Source of the DNA: Fidelibacterota bacterium
GTDB lineage: Bacteria; Fidelibacterota; Marinisomatia; Marinisomatales; Marinisomataceae
Assembly (NCBI GenBank): GCA_019650355.1
Contig: BOWX01000003.1
Location: forward strand, 38,996 to 102,995
DNA: 64,000 nt
Direction: 5' to 3'
Shown here: positions 57,993-64,000 of the stretch, one piece after another
Layout of the letters: every line of letters starts with the position of its first letter
Position numbering within the stretch: the stretch's first letter is position 1
Notes under the pieces: generated by a model
The model's input: the letters and a program-made list of their open reading frames with translations, nothing else
The model's database searches: none
What the model was told of the DNA's origin: nothing
Position numbers and translations under genes: made by a program

Positions 57993-58629
57993 ATGCTTAA
58001 AAAAGATAAAGTAAAATTCATCATAGAAAAGCTTGATGAACTTTACCCTACCGTAGAACCTCCTTTAAATCATTCAAGCAACTTTACTTTACTTTATTGC
58101 CGTATTACTTTCTGCAAATTCTACTGATAAGTCTGTGAACAAGGTTACACCATATCTATTTAAGATTGCTAATACTCCAAAAAAAATGTTAGAACTTTCA
58201 TACGAGGATTTATATCAAATCATTAAACCTTGTGGTCTTGGGCCTGCCAAAGCTTCTAACATTTTAAAATTATCAAAAATGATAATTGAAATTCATAATG
58301 GAAAAGTACCTAAAAATTTTGAAGAGCTTGAACAATTACCTGGAGTGGGACATAAAACAGCTTCAGTTGTAATGTCCCAAGCATTTGGATATCCTGCTTT
58401 CGCTGTTGATACGCATGTTCATCGTTGTATGTATAGATGGGGATTATCTAGTGGAAGGAGCGTTGTTCAAACTGAGAAAGATGCAAAACGATTATTCCCA
58501 AAAGATCGATGGAGCAAGTTACACTTACAAATTATTTTTTATGGTAGAGAATATTGCCCTGCTAAGAATTTTAACCCAAATGATTGCCCGATTACAACTA
58601 TTGTTGGAAGAAGGTCATTATTTAAATAA
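57993..58629 (+). pseudogene. nth: Endonuclease III family DNA glycosylase, one frame break near the 5' end
   Basis: HhH-GPD motif LPGVGHKTASVV. Catalytic Asp in AVDTHVHR. The N-terminus joins as FTLLIAVLLSANSTD if the T3 run 58093-58095 is T2. Confidence 0.8.
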
Positions 58630-58641
58630 ATTATTGTATCT

Positions 58642-59067
58642 ATGAATTCAAAAAATACAATTTTTCTAACAAAAGTATTTTCTTTTTGTGCTGCACATCA
58701 GTACGGAAATGAAAAATGGACCGAACAGGAAAATTGGGATGTTTTTGGAAAAGATACAAGAGTACATGGTCATAATTATACCTTACATGTAACAGTAACT
58801 GGAAAAGTTAATCCTGACTCAGGATTTCTTGTTGATTTAGGTCATCTAAAGAAAATTGTAAATACACATGTTGTTGATGTGTTAGATCACTCTCAGTTTG
58901 ATAAAGACATTCCATGGTTTAAAGGAAAACAGCCTTCTACAGAAGTATTAGTAACTTTTATATGGGAAGAAATTACAAAACGTTTAGAAGGATGTACTTT
59001 GCATAGAATTCGTATAGAGGAAACACCAACAATTTATACAGATTACTATGGACCAATTGATGAATGA
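58642..59067 (+). CDS. queD: COG0720 6-carboxytetrahydropterin / 6-pyruvoyl-tetrahydropterin synthase family protein
   Basis: FSFCAAHQ and VHGHNYTLHVTVTG motifs. 141 aa. Confidence 0.75.
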   Translation: MNSKNTIFLTKVFSFCAAHQYGNEKWTEQENWDVFGKDTRVHGHNYTLHVTVTGKVNPDSGFLVDLGHLKKIVNTHVVDVLDHSQFDKDIPWFKGKQPSTEVLVTFIWEEITKRLEGCTLHRIRIEETPTIYTDYYGPIDE

Positions 59068-59728
59068 TTTTCAAGAAAGACTATATTTAATATTTACCGG
59101 AATATTTATTGCCTCATTAGTTGCTTGTAATTTGATATTTCAAAAATTCTTCACATGGAACTTTTTGGGTTTAACTTTTGAGCTATCCGTGGGTATTATT
59201 GCATACCCCATTACCTTTTTGGTTACAGACCTTATATCAGAGCTTTATGGGAAGAAAAGAGCAAACCAAGTTGTTATTTCAGGTTTTTGTGCAAGTATTT
59301 TTACAACGTTATTAATTTTTATATCTATGAATGCTACTGCAGCTGATTGGTCGCCAGTTGACTCAGCAACATTTAATAAAGTTTTTGGATTGTCCGCACC
59401 TGCATTTCTAGCATCTATGATGGCTTATTTGACTGCCCAGTTTATTGATGTACGTATTTTTCATTTTTGGAAAAGATTAACTAAAGGAAAGCATTTATGG
59501 TTAAGAAATAATGCTTCTACCATGTTTTCTCAATTAGTTGATACATCAATGGTATTACTAATTCTTTGTTCAGCGGGAGCAATAGGTTGGGAAAGATTTG
59601 GAAGTTTATTACTTATGGGTTGGTTATTTAAAGTTATAGTTGCATTAATAGATACACCAATTATCTATTTTTTACTATGGGTTTTAAAAGATAAAATAAG
59701 ACCAGCTAGTTATTTGGAGGAAAAATGA
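59048..59728 (+). CDS. yhhQ: YhhQ/VUT-family queuosine-precursor transporter
   Basis: YPITFLVTDLISELYGKKRA motif and six TM helices. An alternative ATG at 59060 gives an 8-nt overlap with queD. Confidence 0.7.
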   Translation: MDQLMNDFQERLYLIFTGIFIASLVACNLIFQKFFTWNFLGLTFELSVGIIAYPITFLVTDLISELYGKKRANQVVISGFCASIFTTLLIFISMNATAADWSPVDSATFNKVFGLSAPAFLASMMAYLTAQFIDVRIFHFWKRLTKGKHLWLRNNASTMFSQLVDTSMVLLILCSAGAIGWERFGSLLLMGWLFKVIVALIDTPIIYFLLWVLKDKIRPASYLEEK

Positions 59729-60300
59729 ACGACGATAAACGAAAAAAATTAGAAGCTAATACAAAAAATTTATTAGAGCTTTTAGGAGAAGATCCTTCAA
59801 GAGAAGGGTTGATAAATACACCTAAAAGAGTGGCAAAAGCTTGGGATTTCTTAACAAAAGGTTATTCTGAAAATCTTGATGAATTAATTAATAACGCAAT
59901 ATTTGAAGGTGAATCAAAAGATATGGTTATTGTTAAGAACATTGAGTTTTATAGTCTTTGTGAACACCATATGATTCCCTTTTATGGTAAAGCCCATATT
60001 GGATATATTCCAAATGGAAAAATTATTGGACTTTCTAAGCTTGCTAGAATTACAGATCTTTTTTCTCAAAGGCTTCAAGTCCAGGAACGATTAACTAATC
60101 AGATTGCACAGTGTCTTCAAGATGTCTTAAACCCACGTGGTGTTGCAGTTGTTTTAGAAGGTAAACATTTTTGTATGCTTAGTAGAGGAGTTCAAAAACA
60201 AAATAGCATTGCAACAAGTAGCTCAATGTTAGGAATCTTTAGAGAAAAAGAATCAACAAGAAATGAATTTCTTAAATTAATTGAAATGAATAACATTTAG
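59725..60300 (+). CDS. folE: GTP cyclohydrolase I (FolE type IA)
   Basis: SLCEHHMIPFYGKAHIGYIP and QVQERLT motifs. ATGA overlap with yhhQ. Confidence 0.95.
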   Translation: MNDDKRKKLEANTKNLLELLGEDPSREGLINTPKRVAKAWDFLTKGYSENLDELINNAIFEGESKDMVIVKNIEFYSLCEHHMIPFYGKAHIGYIPNGKIIGLSKLARITDLFSQRLQVQERLTNQIAQCLQDVLNPRGVAVVLEGKHFCMLSRGVQKQNSIATSSSMLGIFREKESTRNEFLKLIEMNNI

Positions 60301-60307
60301 GATTCGC

Positions 60308-61605
60308 TTGAAAAAATATCAATTAATAATCGTTGGCGGTGGACCAGGTGGTTATACAGCAGCTTTTAGAGCTGCAGAACTTGGCATGAGCGTTGCAATT
60401 GTCGACGATAATGATCTTGGTGGTGTATGTTTAAACTGGGGCTGTATTCCAACAAAATCATTATTAAAAAATGCTGAAGTATTTGAATTAATTAACAATG
60501 CAAGTTCTTATGGTATTGAAGTTGGTAAACCTAAACTTCATTTTGAAAAATCATTGATAAAACCATCCAAGCAAGAAAGAGATTATCTAAAGGACTCCAT
60601 TTTCAAGTTAGGAAGTTGGGAGTAGATTTTTTTCCAGGTTTTGCAACTTTTATAGATCAAAATTCAATTGAAGTTGATGGTAATACACTCCATGGAGATA
60701 CTTTCATTATTGCAACAGGCTCGAAAGCAAAACATTTGCATTCAATAGATCATTCTGGCGGAAATGTGATGACAGCAAAAGAAATCTTTAGTCTTAAAAA
60801 ATTGCCAAAAAGTATGACAATCATAGGTGCGGGGGCAATAGGAGTTGAGTTTGCTTATTTTTTCAATGCTTTGGGCACTAGGGTTACTCTTTTAGAGGCT
60901 AAAGAAAATATTTTACCAAATGAAGACGTAGAAGTTTCCCAATGGATGCACAAAGTATTAAAAAGAAAAAAAGTGGATATTCAGACTGACACAATGGCAG
61001 CTGAAATTGACGATGAATATATATTAGTTTCTATAGGAGTTGAGGGTAACTCAAGTGGGTTTGGATTAAAAAAAATTGGAATTGAAATTGGTTCAAATAA
61101 TCACATTATTGTTGATAAAAATGGTAAGACAAATTTAGATAATATTTATGCTGTTGGCGATGTAATAGGTCCTCCTTGGTTAGCTCATGTATCAAGTTCC
61201 GAAGGTCTGTACGTAGTTGAACACATTGCAAAACTTAGTCCCAAAAAAATTGATTATGATTGTGTACCTGCATGTACTTATTCAAAACCAGAAATTGGAT
61301 CAATAGGATTAAGCCAAAAAATTTTAGATGAGCGTGGTATAGATTACAAAGTTGTTAAATCATTTTTTAATGCAAATGGTAAAGCAGTGGCCAGTGATTC
61401 AACAGAAGGATTTATTAAAATACTTGTATCAGATAAAAATCAAATTTTAGGAGCTCATATTATTGGTTCCAATGCTACAGAAATGATTTCTGAGTTTAGT
61501 CTAGCAATGAGCAATAATTTATCAGTTGAAAATATTTTAGATTCAATTCATCCTCATCCTACTTTTTCTGAAGCTATTTTTGAAACTTTGATGCAGTTAA
61601 GATAA
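60308..61605 (+). pseudogene. lpdA: Dihydrolipoyl dehydrogenase (E3), one frame break
   Basis: GGGPGGY FAD motif. Redox-active GGVCLNWGCIPTK. C-terminal HPHPTFSE. ORFs 60308-60625 and 60616-61605 join (FEKIIDKTIQARKRL...) if the A5 run 60546-60550 is A6. TTG start. Confidence 0.85.
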
Positions 61606-62211
61606 ATGCTCATCAAAGTTCAAGATTTAAAAAGAAAAAATTTTTTAGATACACTTCAAATTCAAGAGAGTTTACGAAACAAGGTATTAAAAAATAACAC
61701 TGACAATTATTTGATTCTTGTTGAGCATGATCATGTATATACGCTTGGTAAAAATGCAAACTCTAACAATATATTAAATAGCACTTGTGAAATAATACAA
61801 ACCCAAAGAGGTGGTGATGTGACATATCACGGTCCTGGACAATTAGTTGCATATCCAATTATCAATCTTAAAAAAAAGAAAATTGGAGTGAAAAATTATA
61901 TTTCAATGATTGAAAAATTAATATCGAATATTTTAATTGATTATAACCTTGAACCTCAAATTCTAAAAGAAGAGACTGGTGTTTGGGTGCAAGATAAAAA
62001 AATAGCTAGCATTGGTATTCACGTTACTCGTGGAGTTACAATGCATGGATTAGCAATTAATGTAAATACTGATCTTAGTTATTTTGATAATATAATTTCT
62101 TGTGGAATTCAAGGAGTTAAAATGACTTCATTGGATAAAGAACTTGGAAAAAAAATACGAATGAACGATATTAAAAAGAGTTTAATCACTCATTTTAACC
62201 AAATTTTTTAA
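61606..62211 (+). CDS. lipB: Octanoyltransferase
   Basis: RGGDVTYHGPGQLVAYPI and KIASIGI motifs. Confidence 0.9.
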   Translation: MLIKVQDLKRKNFLDTLQIQESLRNKVLKNNTDNYLILVEHDHVYTLGKNANSNNILNSTCEIIQTQRGGDVTYHGPGQLVAYPIINLKKKKIGVKNYISMIEKLISNILIDYNLEPQILKEETGVWVQDKKIASIGIHVTRGVTMHGLAINVNTDLSYFDNIISCGIQGVKMTSLDKELGKKIRMNDIKKSLITHFNQIF

Positions 62212-62216
62212 AAATT

Positions 62217-63080
62217 ATGATTCATACTAAGCTGCAAAAACCAAAAATAAATATTTCAACAGATAAAAATTATAAAACTGTTAAAAAAATGGTTCAGGAA
62301 AGTTATTTAAATACAGTTTGCGCCGAAGCTAGATGTCCAAATATTTATGAATGCTGGAATAGAAAAACTGCTACGCTAATGATTTTAGGAGATACGTGCA
62401 CGCGAGCCTGTGGATTTTGTTCAGTTAAAACAGGTAAACCAACCTGGAATGATCCTTTAGAACCAATTAGAGTTGCACAGGCAGTTAAAAAAATGGGTTT
62501 AAGACATGTAGTTATCACTTCAGTTGATAGAGATGATTTAAAAGGTGATTTCGGAGCGTCAATTTGGGCTGACACAATTAAGCAAACTAAAAAAGTTAAT
62601 CCTGGATGTACTGTAGAAGTACTTACTCCAGACTTCAAGGGTTTTGAACCCGCATTGAAGATAGTTTTTGATTCAAAGCCAGACATATTTAGTCATAATG
62701 TTGAATGTGTTGAACGTATAAGTAAAGCAGTAAGAGCTCAAGCAAATTGGCAAAGATCATTAGGAGTACTTGAAAAATCAATTCAACATGGATTAAGGAC
62801 AAAGACTGGAATTATGGTTGGTCTCGGCGAAGAAGTTGAAGAGGTTAAAAAAACCATGAGACAAGTAGTAGATTTAGGCGTTCAAATTTTTACAATTGGA
62901 CAATATCTCCAACCAACAAAAAATCATTTAAAAGTTGAAGAATATATATCAAAGGAACAGTTTGAGCTTTATAAAGAATATGGATATTCTATTGGATTCA
63001 AAGTTGTTGAGTCAGGACCTTTAGTTCGTAGTTCATATCATGCTGATGAACAAGCAAGGATGGTTTTCAATAATGGTTAA
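62217..63080 (+). CDS. lipA: Lipoyl synthase (radical SAM)
   Basis: CEEARCPNIYEC-type N-terminal cluster (CAEARCPNIYEC). Radical SAM motif CTRACGFC. C-terminal RSSYHA. Confidence 0.95.
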   Translation: MIHTKLQKPKINISTDKNYKTVKKMVQESYLNTVCAEARCPNIYECWNRKTATLMILGDTCTRACGFCSVKTGKPTWNDPLEPIRVAQAVKKMGLRHVVITSVDRDDLKGDFGASIWADTIKQTKKVNPGCTVEVLTPDFKGFEPALKIVFDSKPDIFSHNVECVERISKAVRAQANWQRSLGVLEKSIQHGLRTKTGIMVGLGEEVEEVKKTMRQVVDLGVQIFTIGQYLQPTKNHLKVEEYISKEQFELYKEYGYSIGFKVVESGPLVRSSYHADEQARMVFNNG

Positions 63081-63612
63081 TAGATTAGTATCTTTAATTT
63101 TTGTTTTATTTTTTTGCGGATTCATTTCATTTATTGCTGTAAATGGTACCAATAAAATTTATGGAAAAAGTGAAGTACAGAATATTTCTTATAAACTTCC
63201 AGATTCATGGTCAGCAAATGTTTCTGACAAGCAATTTAGACTTTTAGAACTATCTTTAATTGGTGGTGGAGATTTTAGTGTAGTTTTATTTGCAAACATT
63301 CAAGGTACTGCTGATCAAAATATTGATAGATGGATTAATCAATTTCAAATTGAGAATTCAAATATTGAAACAATAAAGGATACTTTGAGTTCAAAATATA
63401 TTAGTACAGTTGAGCTTTATGGGACTTACGAAGTTCCAAATATGGTTAACAGAAATGCTCCAAAAGAATTAAGAACGGAGTACGGACTTTTAGGTGGAGT
63501 AATTGAATTTGGAAATAGTATTTATTTTGTTAAAGCAGTTGGAAAGAATGATTTAATTAAAGCAAATAAGTCCAATTTTAATGAATTTATTTATTCAATC
63601 TCATTAAAATAG
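63073..63612 (+). CDS. Hypothetical membrane-anchored protein
   Basis: I start it at the ATG overlapping the lipA stop (ATGGTTAA). Single N-terminal TM helix. I recognise no family. Confidence 0.4.
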   Translation: MVNRLVSLIFVLFFCGFISFIAVNGTNKIYGKSEVQNISYKLPDSWSANVSDKQFRLLELSLIGGGDFSVVLFANIQGTADQNIDRWINQFQIENSNIETIKDTLSSKYISTVELYGTYEVPNMVNRNAPKELRTEYGLLGGVIEFGNSIYFVKAVGKNDLIKANKSNFNEFIYSISLK

Positions 63613-63705
63613 CATACTTTAATGCCATAATGGCATAGATTTAGCATTATTTTTACAATAAAATAGATAAAATATGAAAGGCATAGTTTTTGCAACTATA
63701 ATATC

Positions 63706-64000
63706 ATGAATATGGAAACAAACAAACAATATCCAGTAATGCCGTTAAAAAATACGGTATTATTCCCCAACAAGTTATACCAATTAGTTGGTAGAGAAAA
63801 TCTTAAAGCTTATTGAAGCCCTTTCCCAGATGATAATAAATATCTTGTTTTTGTTGCCAGCAGGATGGCCCATTGAAGATCCTGGAAGATGACTTATACT
63901 CTTACGGTACTTTGGCTTTAGTTCTAAAAACCTTTGACATGCCAGACAATAGTAAATCTGCAATTGTTCAAGGAGTGGATAGAGTAAAAATATTAAAATT
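63706..64000 (+). pseudogene. lon: 5' end of the Lon protease gene, at least five frame breaks; the 3' end lies outside the window
   Basis: The pieces YPVMPLKNTVLFP, QQVIP, LVGRE, LKLIEALSQ, DDNKYLVFVA and DDLYSYGTLALVLKTFDMPDNSKSAIVQGVDRVKIL together parallel the Lon N-terminal domain (compare E. coli IPVLPLRDVVVYP..VIPLFVGREKSI). Confidence 0.75.

Noticed and set aside
63622-63636. The hairpin ATGCCA-TAA-TGGCAT after ORF 63073-63612 as a terminator.
   Set aside because: The stem is only 6 bp and no adjacent T-run follows directly. That is too weak to call.
1-64000. CRISPR arrays, IS elements, prophage, retron/DGR, or toxin-antitoxin pairs.
   Set aside because: There are no spaced direct repeats and no transposase, integrase, RT or capsid-like ORFs. 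All gaps over 100 bp are accounted for by frame-broken genes, tRNAs, promoters or the two elements reported. I could not run a repeat finder, so short dispersed repeats may have been missed.
1-64000. Genome-wide reductive evolution (an endosymbiont-like pseudogene load) as the explanation for the broken genes.
   Set aside because: The breaks are single-base changes in runs with no accompanying stop codons, truncations or residue decay. They hit essential functions, and the gene set (T9SS-like, many secreted enzymes, transporters) looks free-living. Sequencing error fits better, but reads are needed to settle it.

Overview
This is an AT-rich, very compact bacterial chromosomal window. G+C looks like roughly one third by eye; I did not compute it. 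It holds about 75 protein genes and 4 tRNAs, with almost no intergenic space and many 1-8 nt start/stop overlaps.

The content is core metabolism and housekeeping:
- rng-rplU-rpmA-mdh
- gcdH, an acyl-CoA mutase large subunit, and etfBA plus a membrane Fe-S oxidoreductase
- a 9-gene suf cluster
- korAB-fumC-PBP1A
- ribD-ribE-ribBA-ribH
- gltA, nth, queD-yhhQ-folE, lpdA-lipB-lipA, and the start of lon

Several markers suggest an FCB-group organism: a SprA-like C-terminus, a DUF2480-like gene beside suf, an M1 peptidase followed by a DUF6702-like gene, and an alternative-GlmU-like hexapeptide protein. However, clear Shine-Dalgarno sites are used (for example AAGGAGG before the LysM gene). An uncultured marine non-Bacteroidetes FCB lineage is therefore my guess; this is inference only.

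I found no transposase, integrase, reverse transcriptase, CRISPR array or recognisable defence system.

The most striking sequence-level property is at least 20 single-base frame breaks hitting 11 genes. Almost all sit in mononucleotide runs, and housekeeping genes are among those hit. This looks like homopolymer miscalling rather than gene decay.

I do not see convincing evidence for a wholly new multi-gene system. The best candidates carry moderate scores:
- a conserved 28-nt, peptide-like C-rich block present in two intergenic sites
- an AlkB-like hydroxylase coupled to a Cys4-domain aldo/keto reductase and a Cas4-like nuclease
- a YidD-RcnA in-frame fusion
- an EtfD-type ETF acceptor
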